DNA from: Selaginella moellendorffii
Taxonomy: Eukaryota > Plantae > Lycopodiophyta
Assembly (NCBI RefSeq): GCF_000143415.4
Contig: NW_003314278.1
Location: forward strand, 1,098,122 to 1,148,914
Reading direction: 5' to 3'
DNA: 50,793 nt
Shown piece after piece: positions 1 to 13,500 of the stretch. Position numbers and translations under genes: made by a program. The notes under the pieces were generated by a model. It searched no databases. It worked only from the letters and a program-made list of their open reading frames with translations, and was not told the DNA's origin. Position 1 is the first letter of the stretch; every line of letters starts with the position of its first letter.

Positions 1-262
1 AAGCAAAAGTAATCCAACTAACTGGACACTTTTCAAGATGTTTTCACCTGATCCTAGAGTAATTTATGAGGAATTCTATTTGAAACTCTACACATATTGG
101 ATTGAACTTCTATCACAAGCGGTACCAACAAAGCAATTAGCCTATTGAATGAATCCCAACATACAAACCAAAGTCAAGGAAGAACTTAACAAACTTGAAA
201 ATGTTAAATTCATTTTCCCAATTCAAAATCCAAAATAGCTATTACCACTAGTTATTGTTCTC

Positions 263-1657
263 TGTAAGTGACTAATTTTTCCATTCTACTTTAGTTACTT
301 AACCACACTTCCGACCACTTGGAGGAGTTTCATTCACAACCTCCATAAGTCCAATTTAGGACTTGGGGCTTGTTAGCCCCAAGAATGGCATCCATGCCAC
401 TCAACCTTTGCATTTGGTCCAAGTGCTTCACATGTTCGATCCCATGATTGACACCCCAAGGTACCATTGACATATTGGCCCATTACACTAAAGCCATGCC
501 CCTTCACCTTGGTCACACTAGTGGTCTACCACCACTTGCATCACAATCCCGTCTCTTAAAAACTAGGCCATCCATCCATGAGTGATCATCCCAGATACTC
601 CTTAGCATCCTTAGGATGCCTGCAGACATAGGGAATAATTTTCCCCAATGTCCCTTTTCTGGTCCCCACCAAGTCCCTTTTTGTCCATGGCCATGTTCGT
701 CAACACTGCCACTGGATCAAGGCCCACAGGCCCGACCACTAAGTCCCACGGTCCTCTGGGACTTCCTCACCACATGACCGTATCCTTGGTCATTGCCCCA
801 GAGGACTGCTCCTCTTCCTTTCCACAATCTAGGACTTTGGGACAACATTTCGAAACACCGTGGCCTTATGCGAGTCTCATGGGTACTCTCCCCACCTTTT
901 GCCTTTGGGTGCTCTAGCCATGGGCTTAGAGTGAGGTTCCATTGAGCCACGCTAGGTATCTAAGTAGGTAGTGCCACCCATACTTGGATTGGGAGCATCA
1001 ACCATTTGATCTCTCGGGGGAACTAGAGCCACCTCTTGAACACTTCACCAAGATGCCCCACTTGTCGGTCTGCATTCATTCTAGTCTTGGACTTCCCAAT
1101 GGTCAACTCATCACCCAACACCTAGGTATAGCCTTCCTAGGCCAAACTGGCTCCACTGGGCTCCAACCCTCACACTCTCCCTACTATACTTTTGGAACCC
1201 CCTGTAGCGCCCCCCCCCCCCCCCCCGGGGGACAATTGTTTTGGGCTTTCACCCAATAGCCTGTATTAGTATTCGGACTCGGACTCAGACTTGATCTAAG
1301 TCTTGGTCTCGACCTTGGACTTGGACACGGGCTCGGTCTCGGTCTCGGGCTTTGGCTTGGTTTCATCTCGGACTCCATATCTTGGGTCCATCTCAGATTC
1401 CATCTCAAGTCCATCTCAGACTCCATCTCGGGTCCTTCCATGTGTCCTGTGTTGGTCCTCTTGTGTCCCTTTTCTAGAGACTCATTTATTGCTTGTTTTG
1501 TGCTTATTCTTCAAGCACTCTGTTGGGAGTTTACTCTTGACCTTTCAAGTTGGAGCTTTTAGTCCAAACGTGTTACACTCGTTTGGCTTTCACTTTGGGC
1601 ACCACTATGTGGTGCTCCTTCGGGTCCACTTTGGGGTTTAGGGATTTGTGTCTCACA
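263..1657 (-). mobile_element. Solo LTR (1395 bp) of a gypsy family related to the element at 48213-50656
   Basis: TG...CA ends; 5-bp TSD ttctc (258-262)/tcctc (1658-1662); terminus tgtaagtgactaatttttcc resembles tgtaagccacaaatttttcc at 49926 next to a minus-strand PBS; internal motifs shared with that LTR. Confidence 0.85.
1272..1435. repeat. Degenerate hexamer array (GACTCG/GTCTCG/CCATCT) in the LTR U3 region
   Basis: Visible short tandem units. Confidence 0.7.
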
Positions 1658-3775
1658 TCCTCAAGAAAAACAACAAGCTTAGGATTTGTGTCAACTATAA
1701 AAAGCTCAACAATACAACTCAAAAGGAGACATTTTCAATTCCATTCTCTGATGAAATTCTTGATGTAGTTGCAGGATATGAGATGTACTCCTTTCTCAAT
1801 GGCTTCAGTAGACACAATCAAGTACACATTGCGCCTGAAGATCAACACAAGATGGCTTTCATTAATCCATGGGGAGCATACGCCTACGTTCACATGCCTT
1901 TCAGTCTCTCCAATGCACCATTCATGTTTCAATGGATCATCATTGACACTTTTCGAGAATACTTCACCGAATTTATGCAAGTATTTATGGATGACTTCAG
2001 AGTCTTCAGCAACAAAAAAGATCATCTCCAATGCTTAGAGAAATGCTTCATCAAATGCCATGAACACAATATCACATTGAACCTTGACAGGTGCATTTTC
2101 TTTGTCAAATCAGGAATTCTACTTGAACATGTAGTATCCAAAGAAGGAATCCTCATTGACAAGGACAAGACTTTCACAATCACCAACATACAACATCCAT
2201 TCAACATTTCAAGCCTTCGATCATTCCTTGGTAAGATGGGATACCATTGAAGATTCATCAAAGATTACGCCAAGATTGCAAAACTTATCACCGAACTCCT
2301 CAAGAAGAATTACGCTTACAACTGGACTCAAGATTGTCAAAATGCCTTCATCAACCTCAAGAATTCCCTCACCCAAGCTCCAATACTTGCTCAACCAAAC
2401 TAAAACAAAGAATTCAACATCTAAATCGACACCTCCAACTACACCCTCAAAGCAATCCTTTTACAACAACAAGAAGATCATAAAGACTAACTAATCTACT
2501 ATGCAAGTTGAAGACTCAACTTAGCCAAAATGAACTACACTACAACTGAAAAAGAAGCTCAAACAATGATCTATGCACTCCAAAAGTTTCAATACTACCT
2601 ACTCGGTAACTTCCTCCACCTTCTCAACAAAACAATCCTCATCGGCAAAATTGCACGATGGTTTTTACTACTTCAAGAATACAACTTTGAGATCATCTAC
2701 AAGCTTGGGAGAGAACATGAACACCTAAGCCGCATTACAACCGATGAACAACTGAAACACAACATGGATGATTTTCTTGACTCCAATATCCATTGAATCC
2801 ACACATCACCAACCTAGATGGACAACATCTACTACTACCTCACAACAGCAACAATACCAAGTTGATATTTAACCTACGACAAGTGCAAGCAATTTGTCTT
2901 GAGGACAAGACCATACTCAGTTATGGGAAGAAAACTGTACAAACAAGGAAGAAACAACATTTTCCGAAGATGTGCAAGCCTAGAAGAAACACAAGATCTA
3001 CTTGAAGAAGCCTATTGTGGACAACTAGAAGGACTTTTTGCTGAAGAAATCACAGCTCAAAAAATTTTACAAACAAGACTTTGGTGGCTAACACTTTGGC
3101 ACAACTAAGCCAAGTTTTGTAAAAAATGCAACACCTACCAATGAACCAAGTATGCACTAAAGAAATAAACTCAAGAATTTCATCCAAAAACTCAATTTGA
3201 ACCTTTTCAATGATGAGGACTCGACTTTGTTGGTCCACTTATGACAAGCTCCAAGCAAAACTAGTACATTCTAATTGCAATAAATTATATCACAAAATGG
3301 GCTGAAGCTCAACCAATAAAGACTATTACAACAAAAAACACAATAAAGTTCATCTATGAAAACATCATCACAAGATATAGTTTACTTTGAAAACTCATCA
3401 CTGATCAAGGAACACACTTTATCAATAAAACCATCAAGATTCTAATTCATGAATTCACTATCCAGCACAAGGTTTCAACACTGTACTACCCTCAAAGCAA
3501 CGATCAAGCAGAGTCTACAAACAAGACATTAAAAAACATTCTCATGAAAATCGTGAAAATAAATCAGAAAGACTAGGACAATCACATCTACGATGCCCTG
3601 TTATCGAACCACATATAAGGTTTCAACAAATTTGACACCATTCATGCTCACCTACGGCCTTGAAGCTTTGACACCACTTAAGTATATCGTTCCATCACTA
3701 TGAATGGCAATATAATATGAAATCAACCAAGAAGAATTGATCAAAAGAAGACTAGCCATGCTAGAACAACTTATT

Positions 3776-6625
3776 GCTAGCTAAGATCCTTTGACTATCT
3801 CATTTTGAAGCTTTGGAATGCTCAAGGAGTCTTTTCTAACTCGGCAAAGATGTTGCTTCATATGATGGCCGAGGCTAACTATTATCAAACAGTTCTTTTG
3901 ATAGAGTTATGCAATCTCATGTGCAAGGCACTACTTTGATGATGTCCTATGACTAAGGAGGAACATGAGATGTATGTGAGGCAAATGTTGCCACTATTGA
4001 GGGAGAACAAGCTGTATTCTAAACTGTCAAAGCATGAGTTCTTCTTGGAGGAGATCAACTATCTCAGACATGTGGTGCCACAAGATGGTGTGCGGGAAGA
4101 TCCTCAAAAGACTCAGATAGTCGTTGACTAGCTTGTTCCCCCTACTGTGCATGGGTTTCCTTGGTATGGTGGGAGTCTTTTGCCGGTTTGTGAAGGACTT
4201 CTCCTTGGTTGCTGCTCCTTTGATGGATATGCTTTGAAACACCACCAAGCATGCTAAGTTGGTGTGGGGTGAAAGTGTCAAGAAGCATTTGAGCGGTTAA
4301 AGCAATCATGTATATTCTACAGAGATTTGCTTGTGATAAGCCACTTGTGGTAGAAGGCTAAGGCTCACGCTATGGAGTCTATGCATTCAGAGGGTATGGC
4401 TCATAAGTCCTTTTCTCTTTCTGATCCTAGTGAGGCCATGGGTGTCAGTGTGGACCAAGGAGAGAATGTATCTACTCGTGTTCTAGCTGACACTGCTGTC
4501 ACTAAGCTTTCTGAAGGAGTGAAGAAGAATTGTATCAACTCATCTAAGCTGTACAGTTGTTTGTGCAATGAGTTGTGCATAGCCAAGTGCTCAGTGTCCT
4601 CTGCTATGCATACTTTCATTAACAAGGCTAGTGATGAGGGTATAGGAGCTGTTTTGGTGCAAGACTGCTGTCCTATTGCGTACATAAGCCACAAGTTTGA
4701 CGCAACTTAATTGAACTGCCAATTCGGGATAGGAAGTTGTATGTTGTAGTTGTTGCGGTCAAAGAGTGGAGCCATTATCTGTATGGTTTGGATTTTTCAT
4801 GTGGATAACTTTACCACTTGTCATTCTTTTCACTCGCCAGATGGAGCTTCAAGGCTGGCTAGCTCATTGACTGGAGTTTTTGCAGGAAATGGATGTGCAG
4901 ATTCCAAACCACCAGAGGAGTTTAGCTCTGGGGTTTAAGGTGACAAAAACCAATTTCCCCGAGGATTCCCGAGTAAAAGTCAAAGGGTAATTTTGACCGC
5001 AGATTACTCGTGAATACGGAAGATTGATGTTTAAAGCAAAGTTGCTAGGTTTTCCAAGATCTACAACTTTTCTTTAAGACAATTTTCCTGTTTCTGAAAG
5101 GAGTAGACAGTAAAGGTGGTTGTTTCTCCATTGTCTAGGATGGTGAACTCTATCTCGTTTGGGAAGCTCTCCAGTGGTTTGCTGGATGAAATTAAGGAGC
5201 TTGCTGACTTTGACTCTTTGTAGTGAAGGCATGTGCAGTTGTTTTGAAGGGGGACGCCTCTTCCAATGCGATTGTGCTTCCTTTGATGTACAAGATGGTT
5301 TCCTAGTCAAGATAAATTGGGCTATGGTTCCTAGAGATGATGTTCTTTTACAGTGGATTCTGTAAGAGTGTCCGTTGCACCAAGTGCAGGACATCGAGGA
5401 CGTGTGTTCTGGTAGAGACGCATTTATTTTGGCCTGGAATGAAGTCAGGTGTTGATAAGTATGTGCACAGTTGTTAGACTGGCCAGACGGTCACAATGGA
5501 TTGTCAGAAGCATGAAGGTCTCTACCATAGTTAACCTCAGCGGAAGTGGGATAGCATTTTCTATGAGTTTCATAGTAGGCATTTCAAGGCAATGATGCTA
5601 TCTGGGTTGTTGTGGATTGTGTGATGATGTTGGCTCACTTCTTTCTTGTGAAGACAAATGCTAACGCTTTTGACCTTGCTCAGCTGTATTTCTCTATGGG
5701 CTGCCTAAGGATGCTGTAAGTGATCGGGATCCCACGTTCACTTTGGAGTTTTGGCAGACAGTGTTCCTGAAGCTTGAGACAAAGCTGAGCATGAGCATCC
5801 ACAGTCAGATGGACAAACAAAACGAGTTAATTAGGTGCTGGAAGACATGCTGAGATCGTTTGTTGGTCATCTGAAGAGGCAAGGTATTTGGGAGAAGTAC
5901 CTGCCTTTGTTAGAGTTTGCCCATAACTGTGCCTTCCATTTGGCTATTGCAATGGCTCTGTTTATGGCAATGTATGGCTTTCAACCTCGGTCCCCCTTGG
6001 TATGAACTTGGCTTCTCTTAAGGTGCACCAGGCAAAGGAGTTGGCTGATGAGCATCGTCAGCACAAGCAGTTTCAGGTTGGAGACAAGGTTTTCCTTCGG
6101 TTGTCTAAAGCTTAGTGAGCTCTTCAAGGTGGAGGTAGTTCTAAGTTGTTGCCATAGTACTATGGGCCTTGGATTATTCTCAAACGAGTTGGAGACCTTG
6201 CCTATCAACTAGACTTACCTAGTGGTGTGAAGGTTCATCCCATCTTCTATGTAGGAAGTTGAAGGCGTGTTTGCATTCTGGTAATATCTTGGACCAGTCT
6301 GCAATCAAGATTCCAGAGATAGATGTTTGAAGGTTGGCCCTACTTGTGTGTTATAGCAACGGCTAGCGCACACACATCATAAGACTTGGAGAGAGTTACT
6401 TGTTCAGTGGAATGGTTATTCTCCATATGATGCTACATGGGAAGTTGAGGATGATGTTGTTTCCTAATTTTGAGTATGACTTGGATGACATTCCAGAGGA
6501 AGAGGAGAAGTAGTCGCTTGCTCCTATCCTTTCTTTTCTGACCCCGTTGATGGCTGGAGGTGTTGTGTCACGTGAGACAGTGGTTTTGTTAGCAGGATGC
6601 TTTGCTAGCTTCTCTCTCCTCAGCT
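3776..6625 (+). mobile_element. Decayed chromovirus-type Ty3/gypsy (RT, RNase H, integrase, chromodomain-like C-terminus, PPT)
   Basis: LRENKLYSKLSK RT; ASDEGIGAVLVQ..PIAYISHKF RNase H; integrase remnants; LLVQWNGYSPYDATWE chromodomain-like ~6390-6450; purine tract ~6494-6510. Confidence 0.8.
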
Positions 6626-8140
6626 ACTGTTCATCATAGTTGGAGCAGAGGGAAAAATGTCACCGTATTTCGTGATGAACCAGCTGATTCTGGACCTAGG
6701 TCTCTGATCAAAGAGCCAAATACCAACTGCAAATTTGCATGTGAAGAGGTGTTCAAGCATGTCCACGGGGTTTTCATTGCATAGAATACATAGAGTTTTG
6801 TGAACTGTGAGCCAATCACCAACAGGGATGCTGTCCTGCACAAGAAGCCAGCTTACCTTAGCTTCCACCAGTGTCTTCCACATGTTCACAATGTACTTCT
6901 GATTCTTCAACTTTCGCATAAGCTTGGTGTCAATTTTATCCATCAAAAGCTCTCTGCCATGCTTAAACCTGTACATAAAAAAAGACACACTGAACTCATT
7001 ACCTTCCCAGGATAACTGAGCCGGATCCTATATAAGATCAGATATAGGTACTTCCCAAACTAGTGTATTGCAGAGCATTCTCCCAGTTCAGTTCAGTGTA
7101 TTTCCCTCTCTGATGTATCGTCCTGATCCTTTTACCGAAGGCCATCCTGGGAACTGGGACCTCCTCAGGAACTATACATGGAAACAGTGCACCACTGTTA
7201 TGGGATAAAAAACAATACCTTGAGGTGATGGGGTTGTTTCCATAACAAAGATGATTTGAGTCTCAGCACCATCAAGCATTATCCAATCACGAACCTCGAT
7301 AACTTCAGTTTGTAAAGCAAGATGAAGGCGATCACAAGCGATGCTGCCTTAAGCTTTGATGTGGAGTTTTCATCCTGGGTTGTAATGGGTTGTCATGAGG
7401 CCATGTTTGCTCCAAGCGGACGTTAAACAAATACCTGACTTTACCTTTTTCATTGTATCATAGCTTGTCCACTGCTGAGGAAGAAAAACAAGATCCCAAC
7501 AAGAACTTTGCTGTAAGTGATGGCTTGCTAGCTCTTTGTAGATCCAATAAGTCTTTGATCGAAGCCTATGCCACCTAGGCCAAAGATCTCCAGCTGAACA
7601 GTCACCTATATACTGTTGATTACTGTTCTTATGCGCTACGTTGAAGAACAAGCGATCAGCTAATGCCTCTGTCAGATGGTCTGGTTCTTTCTGACTTAAC
7701 CTGGGTAGGAGTGACTTCCATATCTTCAACATCTCTTTTGCTATTCCATCCTGGACCTTCTTTGTGTTGAGAGGAGCAGTGCCAATCGATTCCTTGTTTC
7801 TAGTTACCACCTTGTCTAGGCAAGATCTTCTGTAGCTGAGCTCTGAAGAGGAGGTGCCAGGTTTTGTGGATATAAACCTGACACAAGCACTTTGAAGAGA
7901 AGAGCTTTGGATTAAATTTCTGGTGTGGCACATTCCGAATAACTGAATTCCACTCTACTTTTGCCCGGACTTTGCACCTGCTGGAGTTTCTAAAGTTTCT
8001 ACATATGTCGTTGGTGATCAAGTGTTGGTGAGTTATCGGGTGTTGTGGATCCAAGGTTTTTGCTGTGTAGGTCCTTATCACGTCGTCCAACAAGTTGGTC
8101 CACAAATCTATGTGGTGACACTCAATGCACAACGTCAAGA
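6626..8140 (-). mobile_element. LINE ORF2 3' fragment (zf-RVT), decayed
   Basis: CILCNENPVDMLEHLFTCKFAVGIW CCHC zinc motif typical of plant L1-clade ORF2; broken ORFs 7370-8150. Confidence 0.7.
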
Positions 8141-8143
8141 GAA

Positions 8144-8189
8144 GATCCATGTGAAGCGGTTAGCTCGATCCATGTGAAGCGGTTAGCTC
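8144..8189. repeat. 23-bp perfect tandem duplication
   Basis: gatccatgtgaagcggttagctc x2. Confidence 0.85.
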
Positions 8190-8949
8190 AATATTGTGTG
8201 TGAACAGATTGATGTAAGGATTCTACCATATATTCTATAGTAGATATAGATAAACTCAACAAGATTGGAATACACTAACTTTTTAATAATAATAAATTAA
8301 CAAATTTTTAATGTGTATTTATGGAGCCCACAAGAGTAGGAGTGAGGTGTTATCATATTATGAATCCCACAAGATCAAGAGTGAGAGGTGTTAATCACAT
8401 TATTTATATGCTCCATATGATCCTGAGGTTTAGGGGGCCCAGGTAAGTTAGAGGAAGGAAAAAAAAGAATTAATTAGAGTTATTGTGAAATTAGAGTATA
8501 AATGTGAGTTAAGAGTTAACACGAGCTAAGAGCAAAAACGTGACGTAGCAGCTTAAAAGAGGGAACTAGGAATGCTGGGATGGAGTTCCACCAGGTAGAA
8601 AAGACAAGTCATACCTCAAGCCTCGGATTGCTCCCAACCCCCGGTTGCCTACTTTAACCAAGCCCCGAACCACCCAGCCGTCTTCAGGGATGACATCAGC
8701 CCTAACCTCTTGCTCCACTGCTCCTACTTCTGAGCTGCTAGCAGCTTCTCCCCTCCTTAAAAAAAAGGTCTGTTGTTCTCTTGGAGTTCAAGAGGCATCC
8801 TCTTCACCGTCTCCTCTGTTTTTGCTAGCTAGTTAGCTCTTACAAGAAGGAGCACAAGCCAAGTTCAGCTCCATGCTCAGCTCTATCATCTCCTCTTTAA
8901 GACACCTCACCTCTTTGAAGCCATTCAGGAGAGCTAGCACGCTTCACGT

Positions 8950-9381
8950 CTAGACGTCCCCCCCTTTTTTTCTTTTTGCGATTGTCTCTTCAAACTCATC
9001 ATACTTATTTAACTCACCAAACCTTACCAAGCCGAGTGCAGGTTTTGAAACCCCATGAGTCACCTTGGCCTTTTTCCATCTTCCAGTTGAGCTCTCCAAC
9101 AATCTTGATGTGCGGATGCGTGCAAACTGCTCCTTGAGCCAGGACCATTTCTCCAGGAGATAACTTATGCTACAACACTCTCCACTCGATGATCTCAATG
9201 TGGAAAGATCCACAGAGCTGTCCCACTCATCATAGTTGTAGAAGAAATCATCCTCATACTGCATCTGCAACCTTGCTCGAGCCCAAGCCTCCACCATCGC
9301 AAGCTTCTCCCTCATCTTGATCAGCTCACACTTGAGGCGGCAAAACAAGTCCAGGTCCTGAGGAACAACAATGGAATACAC
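8950..9381 (-). other. Uncharacterised ORF or gene fragment
   Basis: 143-aa ORF; no family recognised. Confidence 0.25.
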
Positions 9382-10042
9382 CTTTCCCGGGTACCTGTCT
9401 CGAAACCTGTGAAAGTACAGTGGACGATGTGGTGTTTCAGATCACAGCGGAATGATAACTTGATGAAAGCAACAAAACCATTGAGCTCGCTCTTTGGGGA
9501 TCAATTATCATCTCCTCCTTTGAAGCAATGAGCAGCAGGCCTTGATCGCATCCAGAAGTACTAGAGATAGTCTGCAAAAGCAAGTTTGACACCAGTTATT
9601 TTGGCAACACAGAAGAAAAAGGAGAAAAATAAACTCAAGTTTCAAAATTTATAGAGATCCATACAATCCAAAATCCTCCATGAACTTAATGCCGCTTTCA
9701 GCACCTCCAAGCTCTGCTGAAAAACGTAGCCACGGTATGCCACAATCGTTTGCTTGAAAATCTGAAGATGTCAATCGAAGCATGCAAGCAAAAACATGAA
9801 GTAAAGAAGCGCAGGTGGACAACAAAGGAGATAAACTGAGCAAGGCCAAGAACACATATAAGGACTGAATGTAAGCACGTGAGGCCTCGCGTGGTTTTTT
9901 CCTCCGTGTGTGGCTTCATGTGCGAAGAGTTTGGTGTGGTAAGGTATGTTGTGGAGCAGCCAGAAGCCCAGGGTGAATATAAGTACGTGAGGCCTTGTGA
10001 GGTTTTACCACCACCCGAGGACTCCTGTGCATGGGCCCCGGG

Positions 10043-10578
10043 CAAGAGTCATTTGCGAAAGTGTTCTGCATGAAACTGGTGCCCTGAGGCTTCTGGCCGT
10101 GTAGCCCCATGAAGAGCATTTTTTATTTAATTTGTGTAGAGTGTGGTTTATTTTTGCATATTGAGTGTATCGATATCTTTTAGTTAGCAGATTATATTGA
10201 AGAACTGACTACCTACAGTTAAGTGCATGCAGCAACAGATCATATAAAAAATGAATGCAGAGAATAACAAATCGGGATTCTAGGAAGTTCGTGTTGTTAG
10301 TAATAATAATAATAATCATAAAAACCTGATGTTCAGCCAGTTAGAAGATTGTCTGAAAATTATGCATGTACTGATTCTTCAGCTGTGACATTGTAAAGTT
10401 TAAAAAGGAAGAAAAAACAGAAAACACGAGCTTTTTACTACTACAGTTAAGTAATAACAAATCGGGATTTCTAGGGTATGCATGTGGTGCTAGGGTTTGT
10501 GTGGTGTGTGTGTATCTCAACAATCTCATGCAGTGGAAAACGTTTTTCAGGGATCCCACTTTCTGGTGGGACAACAGG
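10043..10578 (+). repeat. Duplicate of the PPR gene upstream region and first PDF-motif codons (paralogous to 14612-15049)
   Basis: Near-identical blocks (gagtcatttgcgaaagtg..., (taa)n, ...gggatcccactttctggtgggacaacagg). Confidence 0.85.
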
Positions 10579-10582
10579 TTGG

Positions 10583-13500
10583 GAGCTTCGATCAAAGACT
10601 TATTGGATCTACAAAGAGCTAGCAAGCCATCACTTACAAAGTTCTTGTTGGGATCTTGTTTTTCTTCCTCAACAGTGGATGTCTGCTTGGAGCAAACCTG
10701 ATAGCCTCATGACAACCCTGACACGAACCACTGAAATATTTTAAGAATGTTCTATGGCCTGTGGGATTTAAGGCTGTAATGCCTCAAGGGTTGGGAGGTT
10801 GGCCTAGGGTTCACTCTCTTGTTCATTTCATTGGTATCGGAGCAACACATTCTTTTGGGGATGGCGGGTGAGCAAGGTATTGATCTTGATAAAGACTATG
10901 GTGTTAGTGATGATAGTCATGATGATGCGGAAAAGACTCTTGATGATGTCGTTGTGCAGCAAGGATGCCAGATTTCTAAGGTTCAGAGTGACATAAAGAA
11001 GGTTAAGGATTCTGTCAATCTCATTAAGGATTTCTTGTTTCACATGGACCCTCAAGGGTTGAATCGATCTCATGTCCGTGATTACCATTGGTACATCAAA
11101 CATGTTAAGGATTATGGTATCGTGGAATGGAAATCATCACCAAATGTTTGTGATAGTTAAGAGGTTGATTCTTGGTTGGAATTGTTGGAAAATTGTTGGT
11201 TTTATAATCTTTGTCAGGATAAGGTGAAGATAAATTTTTTTGTGACGAAGCTTATGGGTCATGTTTTTTCGTGGTGGAAGAACTACATCAAAGCTAATCC
11301 AAAGCTAACTTCTTGGACTAATTTGACAAAGGTTTTCTGCACTTCATTTGTCAAGAAGTTTGAAGAGGTTGGTCTCATAAACCAACTGTTAGAGATCTAG
11401 TAAAGGACTTTGTCTTTGGATGCGTATGCCCGCAAGTTCTGCGATCTTTGCCTTAGTTTCACGGGCACTTATATGAATTGTTAAAGGTGCAATGTTTCAT
11501 TAAAGGATTGAATTCTGTGGATGTGCAATAGAAGGTCAAGAAGGATTTTCTAGCAACATTGACTGATGCTATCACTAAGGCTTAGATCTTTTCGCCCGAA
11601 CTGTCAGTAAACTTGGTCAACTCTGGTCAACGAGATGGTCTACGGAGTAGTCAATGTGATGACCAGCTCACCAATGCTTCATATTCGGGGAAGAAACTAT
11701 CTTTATTTTGTTGTGGCTCGAAGCATGAAGATGGCAGTGAGGCTAAGAAACTTCATTTGGACTAGTGAGAGAAGGACAATGTGGAGGGCAATTGTTTTCG
11801 TTGCCGCAGGGCTACATATTAGAGCAAAGATTGTTTTGAAGGGGTTAATGAATGATAAGATGATTGTGGTGGAAATTATAGGCAATGATGTGAGTGATAG
11901 TGTTTTTGAGGCTGTATTGCTTCAAGTTAGGCATTCTCTCATAGTCATAAGCCATAAGTTTGATGCCACATAGTGGAATTGACCTACTCGAGAATGGCAA
12001 TATTATCTATATGGATTGGACTTCCATATAGATTCAAATCATCAATCTCTCTAGATATGGATCTTCGAGGCCGTTTTGCTCGTTGGCAAGAGTTCCTGCA
12101 GGAAATGTTTATTAAGATCCAGTACAAGCATGAAGATGACAATAAAGTGGTTAATGCATTATCTAGGATGGTAAATTTTATCTCGTTCGTGAAGCTATCC
12201 AACAATCTCTTGGATGAGCTTAAGGAGTTTGCTGACTTTGACTCTTTTATCACTGATATTCGTGTGAAGGTTTTGTTGAAGGACGCCTCTACAGATTTGA
12301 AGGGTGACAAGTTTGCGTCATTCTAAATACAAGATAGAATCCTAGTGAAAAAGGGACGTGTAGTGGTTCTTCATGTTGCTAAACTCATTAAACAGATTTT
12401 AGTCACATAGAATGTTGGATGAATCTTTAAGCTAACTAGTAAGTCCAAAGGGTATATAAGATCCCCCACATGCTGTATAATTGTCCAAGGTCCACAATAC
12501 CGTGGAAACAATTTAGCACTGCCACCTCCTTTTAGAGACCATTGTGCATCCAATAGCTTAAGGAAAACCTTGTCACCAACTTTGTATTCTTGATGATGAT
12601 GATGCTTATCACCCAATCTTTTGTCTTGCTCTTGAGCTTGCCTTATGTTCAACTTTGCCAACTTAAGCTTGTCTTGCATATCCTCCAGGAAATCATAAGC
12701 ATAAGGTACCCGAAACAAAGCCAAATTCAAACTCACAAAAGACTTAGGCTCATAGCCATACATCACCATAAAGGGAGAGCCAATAATTGATAGATAATAG
12801 CAAACTGAAGCAAAGGCAAGTACTTTTCCCATACTCTTTATTGAGTCAAATTTCCCACAAAAGACCTTAGCATATCTTTTAATAACTAATTCATACGCTC
12901 TATCTACCCATTAGATTGTGGATGCTCACCACTACTTATGCTTAGCTTAGTCTCTAGCTTCTCAAAGACCGTTTGCCAAAACTTAAACGTGAACTTGGGA
13001 TCCTAATCACTTACAATGTCACTCGGCAAACCATAGAGACTGAATAACTGGTCTACAAATAACTAAGCAAGTTCAGAAGCATTTATCATCATCTTCATAG
13101 GGAAGAAGTAAGCCATCTTCGTCAAGTGATCCACAACAACCCAAATAGCATTATTTCCTCAAAAAGTTTTGGGCAAATCAACTTTGACCGCCTGGTAGGT
13201 CAAACAACCACATATGTACTTCTCAACATCTGATTTCATCCCAGGACAAAAGAAATGCCTCTTCACCAACATATACATTCTCAATAACCCCAGATGCCTA
13301 GCACTTGGCACATCATGACACTCAAGCAAGCTTAAAGCATGTTTGCACTCTAGTGATATCATGGATCAGTTCATCATCCAGGTCCCAGAGATTGATGCAG
13401 AGAAGGCTGGTCCAGCCAATATTCTTGCTCAAAGATTGGTGAAAACATACTAGAAGACAACTAAAGAGTTGTTAGTTCAGTGGAATGGTTATTCCATGGA

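Larger units (their letters stand above)
1..3775 (+). mobile_element. Decayed Ty3/gypsy pol (RT-RNaseH-integrase), interrupted by a solo LTR at 263-1657
   Basis: LVIVL|KKNNKLRICVNYKKLN rejoins across the insert; VFMDDF RT motif (ORF 1648-2250); NYTTTEKE RNase H; integrase remnants ~3000-3760; many stops and frameshifts. Confidence 0.9.
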
